From contig CAWHHI010000016.1 in the NCBI GenBank assembly GCA_963829055.1, positions 1,024,001 through 1,088,000 on the forward strand: a DNA stretch of 64,000 nt. Reading direction: 5' to 3'. Both the position numbers and the translations under genes were made by a program. Source of the stretch: an uncultured Gemmatimonadaceae bacterium (GTDB lineage Bacteria > Gemmatimonadota > Gemmatimonadetes > Gemmatimonadales > Gemmatimonadaceae). Of the stretch, positions 32,738-43,032 are shown piece by piece. Position 1 is the stretch's first letter. Each line of letters opens with the position of its first letter. Under the pieces are notes generated by a model. That model saw only the letters and a program-made list of their open reading frames with translations, had not been told where the DNA came from and did no database searches.

Positions 32738-33840
32738 ATGTTCAGCACGTGCCTGTTCTGCCACAGTCGCCTCGGCAAGAACGAGGTAGTCGAGCACTTT
32801 CCCGTCGGCTCGCGCCTCGCGTTCGACAGCGCGCGAGGCCGGCTGTGGGCGGTGTGCCCCGGGTGCCGCCGGTGGAACCTGTCGCCGCTGGATGACCGCT
32901 GGGAGGCGATCGAGGAGTGTGAGCGGCTGTTCAGAAGCACCCGTGCCCGCGTCTCGACCGAGAACATAGGCCTGGCGCCGCTCGCGAGCGGCGTGGATCT
33001 CATCCGGATCGGACAGCCGCTCCGACCCGAATTCGCGGCGTGGCGCTATGGATCGCAGCTGAAATGGCGGCGACGTCGCGCTGGGTATCGCTGCCGGCGT
33101 CGCCGGCGCCGCGGGCCTGGCCGCGATGGCCGTGACCGCGCCACCGCTGCTCGCGGCGCTTCCTCTCCTCTCACCGGCGTTCCTTGGCCTCGGCGTGAGC
33201 GCTCCGCTCTGGGTCGTGCCCGGAATGATCGCGATGGACATCAAGGACCACTGGCAGTGGGAGCGCGTCGCGCTCCGAGTGGCTGGGCCGCAGGGTCGGC
33301 CTCTCACCGTGCGGGTCCGTCATCTCTGGGAGTCGGCGTACTACACCGACCGCCACACCGACGAGCTGGCGCTACGCCTCGTGCACGACGGCGGCGTGAC
33401 GCAGTACGAAGGCGATCCCGCGCTCTCCGCCGGCGGGCGCCTGCTCGCGCGCGCGAACTGGCTCGGCGGCGCGAGCCGGATCGTGCAGCGCGCCGTCAGC
33501 CAGATCGACGAGAGCGGCGACGCGGACGGGTTCCTGCACAAGACCGCGTCGCGGTTCTCGCGGTTTCATGGGAAGCGCATGATGGCGCAGCTACCGTCGC
33601 GTCGGGGCGATGAGCCTGCTGCCGGTGGAGCGACTCGCGCTCGAGATGGCGGTCCACGAGGAAGCGGAACGCCGCGCGCTCGACGGCGAGCTCGCGCGCC
33701 TCGCGGAGGAGTGGAAGGAGGCGGAGGAGATCGCGGCCATCGCCGACGACATGTTCGTGGAGCCTAACGTCAGCGACTGGATCAGCGACCGCGCCGCGGC
33801 TCGCCAGGCACTGACGTCCGGACCCGACGCTCAGCCGTAG
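32738..33840 (+). CDS. Hypothetical protein with N-terminal CxxC...CxxC, central TM and acidic helical C-terminus (apparent frameshifts near 33090 and 33595)
   Basis: MFSTCLFC...VCPGC; consecutive ORFs 32738, 33126, 33610; GAGGG SD. Confidence 0.7.
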
Positions 33841-33841
33841 T

Positions 33842-34342
33842 TCAGCGGTAGTTGCCGAACTTCAGCTCCACGCCGAAGTCCTTGCCGCGCAGGAGCTGCA
33901 TAACGAGTTGCAGCTCGTCGCGCGACGGCGAGGTGACGCGCACCTGCTCGCCCTGAATCGCGGCCTGGACCTTCTTCATCTTCGCGTCCTTGATGGCGGC
34001 GACCACCTTCTTCGCGGTGTCGCCGTCGAGCGACATCTTGAGGCCGATGTCGCGACGCACCATGTCGCCGCCCGCGGCCTTGATGTCGCCGATGTCCAGA
34101 TTCTTCACCGGCACGCCGCGCTTGATCAGCTTCGCCTGGAGCACGTCGAACAGCGCCTGCATGCGAAACTCGCTGTCGGCGGCCAGCAGGATCTTCCCCT
34201 CCCCGCGCTGGAAATCGATCGTCGCCTTCGAATCCTTGAAGTCGTACCGCTGCGTAATCTCCTTCTGCGCCTGGTTGATCGCGTTGTCGACTTCCTGCAG
34301 GTCGACTCCGGTGGTGACATCGAAGGAATTCTGCTGAGCCAT
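33842..34342 (-). CDS. yajQ: YajQ family nucleotide/c-di-GMP-binding protein
   Basis: SFDV...QEVDNA..Q..KEI..RYDFK; KKVQAAIQGEQVRV; FGNYR. Confidence 0.95.
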   Translation of the reverse strand: MAQQNSFDVTTGVDLQEVDNAINQAQKEITQRYDFKDSKATIDFQRGEGKILLAADSEFRMQALFDVLQAKLIKRGVPVKNLDIGDIKAAGGDMVRRDIGLKMSLDGDTAKKVVAAIKDAKMKKVQAAIQGEQVRVTSPSRDELQLVMQLLRGKDFGVELKFGNYR

Positions 34343-34382
34343 GATCGGGACTCGGAGACGAGGACGTTGAACTGCGCTTGTT

Positions 34383-34423
34383 GCTGGGTGGTCGTGCTGG
34401 TGGCTGGGTGACGCTGAGTGCTG
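34383..34423 (+). repeat. Dispersed ~41-bp intergenic repeat, copy C, next to GCTGATG heptamers (34440-34470)
   Basis: GCTGGGTGGTCGTGCTGGTGGCTGGGTGACGCTGAGTGCTG. Confidence 0.75.
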
Positions 34424-34469
34424 ATTGCTTCCCGTTAGAGCTGATGGCTGATGGCCAATGGCTGATGGC

Positions 34470-34952
34470 TAGCTCAACTAGTTCGTCCGGTGTCACTGGG
34501 CGAAGTAAAATATCGAACCCGAGCCAGGCCAGCTTCGAGAACGGGAACAGCACGAATGGCGCGGCAGCCATCGCCAGCGGCGCCGCCCACTGCAGCGTAT
34601 CCCAGGGCACGTTAGGCCACGTGACCAGCAGCGTCGTGACGAAGCCGACGGCGAACAGCATCTCCGACACGACGAGGTTGAACAGCATCGAGCCGATGAA
34701 GTAGTCACGCTCTCCGCGCTCGATGGCGAGGCCGCAGTTGCCGCATCGCGCGCGCATCTTGAACCAGTGCACGAGCACCGGGCCTCGGCCGCAATGCGGG
34801 CACCTGATACGCATGGCGCGCCAGAGCACCTCGAGAACGCGCCGCGAACCGGGCCACGACATTGCGCGCGACGACTCGATTCGTTCCGCGGCGATCGGCT
34901 GCTGGGGCGAGCGCGGATCGCGTGGATCCGCGCGAGGATCGCTTGAAGCCAT
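34470..34952 (-). CDS. DUF983 family membrane protein (3' end uncertain; stop not in frame)
   Basis: RCPHCGRG...RCGNCGL, two TMs, 'PFSKLAWLGFD'; ORF reads on into repeats and over yajQ. Confidence 0.75.
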
Positions 34953-34986
34953 GCTTGGAAGCCTAATCGTTCAGCACACGGATGCA

Positions 34987-35016
34987 CGATGGGCGGGTCC
35001 GCGGACCCGCCCATCG
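34987..35016 (-). terminator. Perfect 30-bp palindrome downstream of the sigma factor gene
   Basis: CGATGGGCGGGTCCG|CGGACCCGCCCATCG. Confidence 0.6.
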
Positions 35017-35041
35017 ACCACCAGAGTCACACAGCGGCTGC

Positions 35042-35899
35042 TCAGCCGAGGAAGCTCTCCAGAGCCCGCGCACGTGATACGTGGCGCAGGCGCGAGAGCG
35101 CCTTCTCCTTGATCTGTCGGACGCGCTCGCGCGTGATACCGAGCAGTGAACCGATCTGCTCCAGCGTCATCGGCTCCTCGCCGTCGAGGCCGAAGTACAG
35201 GCGGAGAATCTTCGCCTCACGCTCTTTCAGGCTCGACAGCGACTCCTCGATGGCCTCGGTGAGCGCCTTCTCGAACGTCTGCTCGTCAGGCGTCGGGTTG
35301 ACGTTGTCGGCGAGGTAGTCGAGCAGCTTGTTGTCTTCGCCTGGCGTGAGCGGCGCGTCGAGGGAGAGGTGGGTCTGCGAGATGGACATCGTCTTCGCGA
35401 CCTCTTCCTCGGTGATGTCCATCCCCTCAGCGATCTCGGCGTGCGTCGCTTCGCGGCCCAGCTCCTGGAGCAGCGAGTTCGCGCGCTTGCCGATCCGGTG
35501 CAGCGTGCCTGCGCGGTTGAGCGGCACGCGCACGATGCGCGACTGTTCAGCCAACGCCTGCAGGATGGCCTGCCGGATCCACCACACCGCGTACGAGATG
35601 AACTTGATGCCCTTCGTCTCGTCGAATTTGTGAGCGGCGCGAATGAGCCCGAGGTTGCCCTCGTTGATCAGATCCGAGAGCGAGACGCCCTGGTTCTGAT
35701 ATTTCTTCGCCACCGAGACGACGAAGCGCAGGTTCGACCGTACCAGCTTGTCGAGTGCTTCCTGATCGCTCTTGCGGATGCACTGGGCGAGCCGGACCTC
35801 CTCATCGCGACTGATCAGCGGATACGCGCTGATGTCGCGGAGGTACTGGTCGAGCGAGCCTTCCTCGTAAGAACTTTTTTTCGGCGGGGTGGCGGCCAT
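35042..35899 (-). CDS. RNA polymerase sigma-70 factor, RpoD/SigA family lacking region 1.1
   Basis: LDQYLRDI, NLRFVVSVAKKY, KFISYAVWWIRQAI, TRERVRQIKEKAL. Confidence 0.93.
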   Translation of the reverse strand: MAATPPKKSSYEEGSLDQYLRDISAYPLISRDEEVRLAQCIRKSDQEALDKLVRSNLRFVVSVAKKYQNQGVSLSDLINEGNLGLIRAAHKFDETKGIKFISYAVWWIRQAILQALAEQSRIVRVPLNRAGTLHRIGKRANSLLQELGREATHAEIAEGMDITEEEVAKTMSISQTHLSLDAPLTPGEDNKLLDYLADNVNPTPDEQTFEKALTEAIEESLSSLKEREAKILRLYFGLDGEEPMTLEQIGSLLGITRERVRQIKEKALSRLRHVSRARALESFLG

Positions 35900-35994
35900 A
35901 CGACCAGCGGCTCCTTCGGTGTTCCTCTTTTCCCACCGCGCCTTCGCGCGCTTCGTGAGACGATCGGAGGGATTGTCCATTTCGGGACGGGAGG

Positions 35995-36776
35995 TCAACG
36001 GACGCGCTCCCCGATGCGAGTCCAACGGATTCTAGTCAGCCACGACATCCGATCCAGCGAGTCGGGATCGTAGCTGTAATAGACGAACATCGGGCGTCCG
36101 CGGATGAGCGAATCAGGAACGAACTGCCAGTATCGACTGTCGAGCGAATTATCCCGATTGTCGCCGAGAACGAAATACTCGTCCTTCGGGACGACCAGCG
36201 GACCCCAGTTGTTTCGTGACGGCGTCGAACCGGTCGCCGCCTGCGGCCGACTGCACCAGGTACTTCTTCTGCCACTCGAACTCGACGGAGGTCGGATCCA
36301 TCTCCGGCTCGCTGTGAGTTACGTAGAGCTCCTTCTGCTGCACTCCGTTCAGAAAGAGCTCGCCGGATCCTCATCTCGAGCGTATCGCCCGGAACGCCGA
36401 CGAGTCGCTTCACGAAGTTCTTCGTGGGATCGACCGGCCATTGGAAGACGATGACATCGCCGCGCTGCGGATGACGAATCGCCGGAAGATGCTTGCCGGT
36501 GAACGGCACTTCTGCGCCGTACACCATCTTGTTGACCAGCAGAAAGTCGCCGACGAGCAGCGTCTTCTCCATGCTCCCGCTCGGGATCTTGAACGCCTCG
36601 ACGAGGAACGTTCGCACGAACAGGAACAGGATGATCGCGATCGTGAATGACTTCGCCCATTCGAGGAACAGCCCCCAGTGCAGGCCGGGGCTCCGGTTCA
36701 CGCGCCTCAGCGCTTCCGCGCGATGCTCCTCGCTGACCGGCGGACGGACCGGCGTCGTATGGGCGGCTTCGCTCAT
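35995..36776 (-). CDS. lepB: Signal peptidase I (apparent frameshifts 36200-36370)
   Basis: IPSGSMEKTLLVGD, FVKRLVG.PGD; shifted frame gives GDNRDNSLDSRYW and ...RIRWTRIGERVR*. Confidence 0.92.
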
Positions 36777-37189
36777 TGCGAGGATGTCAGAGAAGGCGAA
36801 TCAGGAACGAACGAAACGATCGCCGAGAGTCGCGTCGCGACGCGCTCGGCAGCAGCGCGCGATGCCGCAGCCAGACGAACCGTCGCGACCGTGTGACGTC
36901 CCGAAGTACTGGTCCCCATTCCGAGCGGCGCGATCGACTCCGCTGCGAGAGCGGCGCGAACGCGTGAGCCGAGATCAGGTGCTGATGGCGCGGTGAAGAC
37001 AGCCACAATCGCCTCGGTCGCTGTATCTGCAAGGCCACCGGACGGCGCAGCCGAGAGCGACTCGAGCGCGTCGCCAACGCGCGCGACAGCGTCTTCGATG
37101 AGGTGACGAGGCACGCCCCGTCCCTCGACTCTTCGTTGCACCCGCTCTGCGAGCGCGCGACGCATGTCGTGTGTCAGCGCCATTGCCAC
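36773..37189 (-). CDS. Hypothetical protein, possibly ACT-like C-terminus
   Basis: ORF overlaps the lepB start by 4 nt; no diagnostic motif. Confidence 0.5.
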   Translation of the reverse strand: MAMALTHDMRRALAERVQRRVEGRGVPRHLIEDAVARVGDALESLSAAPSGGLADTATEAIVAVFTAPSAPDLGSRVRAALAAESIAPLGMGTSTSGRHTVATVRLAAASRAAAERVATRLSAIVSFVPDSPSLTSSQ

Positions 37190-37273
37190 CCGGTCAATTA
37201 ATTCGCGGAATCAGACGTTCGCAAGCGAGCCAGGACCGCGCTCGCGATTGCCCGCACAGAACGTCGCCAGCGC

Positions 37274-38774
37274 TCACGTCGGACTGCCAGCGTAGTTGTC
37301 GATCTGGGCGCGCTGCAACGATCCCGAGAAATCGATGTAGCCGACCTTCGTTTCCGAGTAGAACTCGTAGACCTCCCACCCACCTTCGCGGTGGCCGTTC
37401 CCCGTCTGCTTTACCCCCCCGAACGGGAGGTGTGCCTCAGCGCCAATGGTCGGCGCGTTGATGTACGTGATGCCGTTGTCCAATTCCACCAGCGCGCGAT
37501 ACGCCACGTTGACGTCCTGCGTGTACACCGACGACGACAGTCCGTACTTCACGTCGTTGTTCACCGCGAACGCTTCCTCCGGGGTCGACACGCGAATCAC
37601 CGACAGCACCGGACCAAAGATCTCTTCCTGCTCCAGACGACTGCCAGGCTCCACACGGGCGAAGATCGTCGGCTCGAAGAAGAAGCCCTTCGACAACGCT
37701 CGCGCTTCGGGCCGCTTTCCTCCGCACAGCAGGTCCGCGCCCTCGGCCTGACCGATGTCGATGTACTGCTCGACCTTTTCGCGGGATGCCTCGTGGATCA
37801 GCGGACCGACGTCGGTTCCCTTCTTCCGCCCGTCTCCAAGTCGCAAACCTCTTGCCTTATCGACGAGCAGCCCGAGGAAGTTGTCATGAATTCCGCCCTG
37901 AAGGATGAGCCGGCTCGTGGCCGTGCAGCGCTGGCCGGCTGTGCCGAACGCGCCCCAGAGGACGCCGTCCAGTGCCAGCTCGAGGTTTGCGTCATTCAGC
38001 ACGATCTGCGCGTTCTTCCCGCCCATCTCGAGCGAGAGCCGCTTGTGCATCCGACCGCACACTTCGCCAACAACGCGGCCCGTTTCCGTCGAGCCCGTGA
38101 ACGAGATCACCGGAATCTCCGGATGTTCGACGATCGCTGCACCCACAGTCTCACCACGCCCATGCACGAGCTGGATCACTTCGGGCGGTAGCCCTGCCTC
38201 GAGCAGTATCTCGACCAGCACCGTCGCGGTATGCGGCACGTCCTCGGCTGGCTTGAGGATCACCGAGTTTCCGCAGAGCAGCGCCGGAAACATCTTCCAC
38301 GTCGGGATGGCCATGGGGAAGTTGAACGGCGTCACCAGGCCACATACGCCAATGGGACGCCGGAAGCTCATCGCCCACTTCGCCTGCAACTCACTAGGCA
38401 CTGTGTGGCCAAAGAGGCGGCGTCCTTCAGTGGCGGCGTAGTACGCCGTGTCGATGCCTTCCTGTACGTCGCCGCGCGTCTCCTGGAGTGGCTTCCCCAT
38501 CTCGCGGGTCATCAGGTCCGCGATCTCTTCCTTACGGTTGGTCATGAGATCGCCGACCCGTCGCAGCACGTCGCCACGTGCGGGCGCCGGTGTGCGACGC
38601 CAGATCTCGAACCCACGCTTGGCGGATACCACCGCGTTGTCGACGTCGACGCGACGTCGAGAGCGGAAACCGGCCGATGATGTCTGTCGTATCGGCCGGG
38701 TTGACATTCTCGAAGTGCTCGCCGGAGGACGGCTCAGACCAGGCCCCAGCAATAAAATTGCGGAAAATCTTCAT
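37274..38774 (-). CDS. Aldehyde dehydrogenase family protein (apparent frameshift near 38655)
   Basis: NFIAGAW, TPFNFP, FTGS, LEMGGKN, GQRCTA, EEIFGPV, PFGG. Confidence 0.93.
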
Positions 38775-38856
38775 GTTGAAAGCTATCGGTGGTGGGCTCG
38801 AGCGTCTGGAAGTGTAGCCGCTGCCCGCGTGCGGGCAAAACGCCACCACCCGGCGG

Positions 38857-39297
38857 TCACGGGCACATCCACCCGGGGCGTGTCGGGTCGGGCTTCGCAT
38901 AGCCGGTACGCGGAAGGATCTCGATCGCGCCCAGGACGCCACCCCAGAGCACGAGCAGCAGCGCGAGGACGTGGCCGCGCGACGAGCGATGCCGCCACGT
39001 CCATACAGACGTCCATACGCCTGCTCCGATGACCACACCGACCGCGGCGAGATAGCCGGCGAGCGCGAGCCCGCAGCGTGTCTCATACGGCCAGAAGACC
39101 ATCCCGATGCCGAGCGCTACCGCGAGAACCAACCGCGCCATGACACCGAGCGTCGACGTGCTCTGCTGCTTCGCGACCGCCTCGGCGCGAGCCTGCGGTG
39201 TCTTCGCCGATTTCGCCGGGAGCAGCGCCTCGTCCGATGCCCCTTCGAGCATGCGGTCGATCTTCTTCATCTCGGTGTCCCAATCTTTCCCGCTCAT
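38857..39297 (-). CDS. Hypothetical membrane protein (3 TMs)
   Basis: Hydrophobic segments; start abuts stop of the upstream regulator. Confidence 0.7.
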   Translation of the reverse strand: MSGKDWDTEMKKIDRMLEGASDEALLPAKSAKTPQARAEAVAKQQSTSTLGVMARLVLAVALGIGMVFWPYETRCGLALAGYLAAVGVVIGAGVWTSVWTWRHRSSRGHVLALLLVLWGGVLGAIEILPRTGYAKPDPTRPGWMCP

Positions 39298-40665
39298 CAG
39301 ACTGTCTCTCTCGTTAGGCCGTACCGCTCGATCTTCTTGTAGAGATTCGATCGCGGCATCTCGAGTGCACGTGCCGTCTCCGACACGTTCCAGTCGAATT
39401 CACGAAGCTTGGCCAGCAGGAACGCACGCTCCGCGGCGTGCTTGAACTCTTCGAACGTCTTGCAGTCCAGCAGCGATCCGAGACTGGCGTTGTCCGTGAC
39501 GCGACGGCCAGCCAGGCGCTCGACGTCGGCAACCACGATGCGCGGGCCCGACGACAGGATGAGCAGGCGCTCGAGCGTGTTGCGAAGCTCTCGCACGTTG
39601 CCGGGCCAGTCCATGTTCGTGAGCACGTCCACCGCGGCCGGATCGAGCACGCGCGGCGGCACGCCCTCGCGCTCGGACAGCGTGCGCACGAAGTGCGACG
39701 CGAGCAGCGGGATATCTTCGCGCCGTTCACGAAGCGGCGGGATGTGGACCGGCACGACGTTGAGTCGGTAGTAGAGGTCTTCGCGGAAGCGTCCCGCGGC
39801 GATCTCCTCTTCCAGATTCTTGTTCGTCGCGGACAACACGCGCACGTCGACCTTCACCGGCTTCGCGCTGCCGATGCGCGTCACCACGCCATCCTGCAAT
39901 ACGCGCAGAACCTTCGCCTGCGCGGACTGGCTCATGTCGCCGATCTCGTCGAGGAAGAGCGTGCCGCCGTCGGCCTGCTCGAACTTCCCTGGCCGATCTG
40001 ACACCGCGCCAGTGAACGAGCCTTTCATGTGGCCGAACAACTCGCTCTCGATCAACTCGCTCGGGATCGCCGCGCAATTGACTTCGACGAACGGCTTCGA
40101 GGCGCGTGGCGACATGCTTGTGAATCGCGCGCGCCACGAGCTCCTTGCCCGTCCCGTTCTCGCCGGTGATGAGCACGCGCGCTGGCGTCCCGCCGACCTT
40201 CTCGATCTTGTCGATGACCGCGCGAATCGCGAACGAGCGGCCGACGATCTCATAACGCGACTCGATCGTCTGCTTGAGCCTAACGTTTTCTTCCTGCAGC
40301 TCGAGATGCTGCAGTGCGTTCCGCAACAGCACGAGAATGCGATCGGTGTCGAGCGGCTTCTCGAGGATGTCGTACGCACCGAGCTGCGTCGCCTCGACGG
40401 CCGTCTGGATGGTCGCGTGTCCGCTGATCATCACGACCGTAGCCGACGGGTCGATCTGCTTGATGCGTCGCAGCCCCTCGAGGCCGTCCATGCCGGCCAT
40501 CTTCACGTCCATGAACACCAGATTCGGACGCCACTTCTCGTACTCCGCGATGCCGTCCGCGGCGTTGCCCGCGGTCCTGACCTCGTACCCCTCGAACTCC
40601 AGCAGCTGGCCGAGCGCGGCCCTGATGCCCTGCTCGTCGTCGACGACGAGAATCCGGCGGCTCAC
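39297..40665 (-). CDS. Sigma-54-dependent response regulator, NtrC/NtrX-like (apparent frameshift near 40115)
   Basis: REC (VVDDE, MDVKM), [33 protein letters not shown], Fis-type HTH. Confidence 0.92.
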
Positions 40666-41333
40666 TTGACCGTCTTGTAAAGGGTGACTTTGCCATTGGC
40701 GACGCGGGTGTCGCCGATGTACGTTGGCAGCACGAACGGCAGGCCGTTCTCCAATACGCCATCCGGTCGGGTACCGCGCCGAATCTGACGGAGCAGTTTC
40801 GGAATGGCGCCGCGCGGAATCGGCAATTCGCCGAGCTTGATGTCTTCCACGAGGAATTGCGCGAGGCCGGGTCGGATGATCGCGAATGTTCCGCCCATCT
40901 GCAGTCGCTCCCTGCGCCCCACCATACCAGCGAGGGGTCCGAGAGCATCAGCGGCCTTGAAGTCATCGAGCGAGATGACCGCGCGGACGTACATCCGGTT
41001 CGCGATCGTGGCCGCCTCGATGCTGTCGGCCGACGGTGGCAGCTGCGCGGCGAGTGCAATGTAGAAATAGGACGCGACGTCCCCGGGTGGCAGGTTCACG
41101 AACACCGGCCCGCTGCGCCTGCCTAACGACTCGATCGTGCGTCGCGCGCGCGCGGCAGCTTCGTCACTCACCGGTTCCCACGTCGGGCCCCCGCTGGCGG
41201 CGACGGTCGTGCCCGAGCGTGGCACCTTCGCGCTGATCAGCGGCAACCACCGGTCGCGCAGGAAATACGCGGCGACCGCAACAACGCACAGCACGAATAG
41301 ACAGCCGATCCTCCGGAAACACCCGAACATCAC
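40662..41333 (-). CDS. Hypothetical membrane-anchored protein
   Basis: N-terminal TM, operonic overlaps on both sides. Confidence 0.65.
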   Translation of the reverse strand: MMFGCFRRIGCLFVLCVVAVAAYFLRDRWLPLISAKVPRSGTTVAASGGPTWEPVSDEAAARARRTIESLGRRSGPVFVNLPPGDVASYFYIALAAQLPPSADSIEAATIANRMYVRAVISLDDFKAADALGPLAGMVGRRERLQMGGTFAIIRPGLAQFLVEDIKLGELPIPRGAIPKLLRQIRRGTRPDGVLENGLPFVLPTYIGDTRVANGKVTLYKTVK

Positions 41334-41900
41334 GTTCCTCGTGCGTGAAGGGGGACGGCAGCCATCGTGGAATACCGAGACCCACCTGGGCCCAGCTCGC
41401 TACGCATCAAGTCTATCGTCTGCACCGTGAAGCCGCCCACCGCCCTGAACGCCCGGGCGGAGGCGGCCAAGGTCGCGGCTTCCGCGGGCGTGAGCTCCTG
41501 TCGCACGCGCCCGAGCGTCAAATGTGCCTGAAACGCGCGCCCCTCGGGAGCAATCCCCAGGGGCGCCAACGCCTGATCGATGTCTCGCACGAGTGCCCGG
41601 AGCGCGTCCTCGCCAGTCATTCCGACCCATACGACACGTGGCCTGCGGAAGTTTGGGAATGCGCCAGCCTCCGTGAGGCGAATGTCGATCGGCCCATGAC
41701 GCTCGGCCGACCGTTCCGATCGTCCGGCGCACGTCGTCGATCACGCGCTCATCGCACTCGCCAAGAAATTTGAGTGTGATGTGAAGTGACGGTGCAGCGA
41801 CCCACCGGACCGCAGGTGCCGCGTCACGGAGCACCGCCGCATCGGCGTGGATGGCATCGCGAACGTTCGCCGGGAGATTACCCGCGATGAATAGCCGCAT
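41330..41900 (-). CDS. thpR: RNA 2',3'-cyclic phosphodiesterase (apparent frameshift near 41695)
   Basis: MRLFIA, LHITLKFLGE, AHLTLGR, MRSEL (two HxT motifs). Confidence 0.9.
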
Positions 41901-43023
41901 CGGCAACCGTGAGTCCGAGATCGAGCGCGACGTGCGTGAAACCATACCCGCGCGCGACCTCGAGCACCGCGGTTCGCGTCCGCGGGTCCACGAGCCGATC
42001 GCCCTCCACCTGCTTCGCACCGGTCAGCACGGCCAGGCGTTGTCGACCCTCGACCTCGAATGCAAAGCCCAAACGCTGCAGCTCACGCGTGAGGCCAGCG
42101 GGATCGCCTGAATCGACACTCGATCGCGCACGCACGAGCGGCTCGGCAACGACTCCTCCGAGCACATTCAGCGATCCGGATCGAAAGCCACGGACGTCGA
42201 GCGCGACGCGGTCGAACCCGGCCGAGCGTACAGCGACTCGCAGTCGATCGCGTGCGCTCGCCTCGAGCCACCCGTTCAATGCATCGGCCGCGATCTCGAT
42301 GCGCGCCAGATCGCCGTGATAGCGAACGCGCAGATCACCGATCACGCCCGCGTGGCGCAGTGCACGCTCGGCCACTTCGACCTGGCGCAGCCGATCGATC
42401 GTCACCGCAGTTCCGTACGGAATGCGAGAAGACAGGCATGGCGACGCGGGTTGCGACCACGTGGGGATACCGCGCGCGCGCGACAAGCGACGGATCGCGG
42501 CTTTCGTGAAGCCAAGCTCCGCGAGTGGAGAGCGCACGGCGTGTTCAGCGGCCGCGCGAGCACCGGGCCGGTGATCGCCTAGGTCGTCGGCGTTCGTGCC
42601 GTCGACCACTACCGCGAGATCGCGATCGCGAGCGATGGGCGCCAGCGTGTCCCAAAGCTCGGTCTTGCAGAAGTAGCATCGGTTCGAGGGATTCGCCGCG
42701 TACCGCGGATCGCTCACTTCGTCGGTGTTCACCTCGAGCACGGGAATGTCGAAGCTCAGCGCGACTTCGCGCGCGCGCTCCCACTGCTCCGCGGGATATG
42801 ACGCGCTGCGTCCGATGACGGCGAGCACTCGCTCGGCTCCGAGCGCATCGACGGCGACGCATGCGAGATACGCCGAGTCGACGCCGCCGCTGAAGCCGAT
42901 CAGCGCGGAGCCATGGTCACGGAACCACGCGGCAAGCCGCGCCTCCGCCTCACGGTCGTCCGTCGAAGGCGATTCGATGTCAGGGCGTTCGACGTCCACC
43001 ACCACTGCGCGCGACTGCGTCAT
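41878..43023 (-). CDS. larE: ATP-dependent sulfur transferase LarE family, with C-terminal extension
   Basis: FSGGVDS, NRCYFCK, DGTNADDLGDHRPG, PCLSSRIPYG, LRVRYHG. Confidence 0.88.
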   Translation of the reverse strand: MTQSRAVVVDVERPDIESPSTDDREAEARLAAWFRDHGSALIGFSGGVDSAYLACVAVDALGAERVLAVIGRSASYPAEQWERAREVALSFDIPVLEVNTDEVSDPRYAANPSNRCYFCKTELWDTLAPIARDRDLAVVVDGTNADDLGDHRPGARAAAEHAVRSPLAELGFTKAAIRRLSRARGIPTWSQPASPCLSSRIPYGTAVTIDRLRQVEVAERALRHAGVIGDLRVRYHGDLARIEIAADALNGWLEASARDRLRVAVRSAGFDRVALDVRGFRSGSLNVLGGVVAEPLVRARSSVDSGDPAGLTRELQRLGFAFEVEGRQRLAVLTGAKQVEGDRLVDPRTRTAVLEVARGYGFTHVALDLGLTVADAAIHRG

Positions 43024-43032
43024 GCGGAGAAG

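Noticed and set aside
33831..34470. Long C-terminal tail of the DUF983 ORF overlapping yajQ
   Set aside because: Reads through heptamer repeats and out of frame over yajQ; a lost stop or indel is more likely
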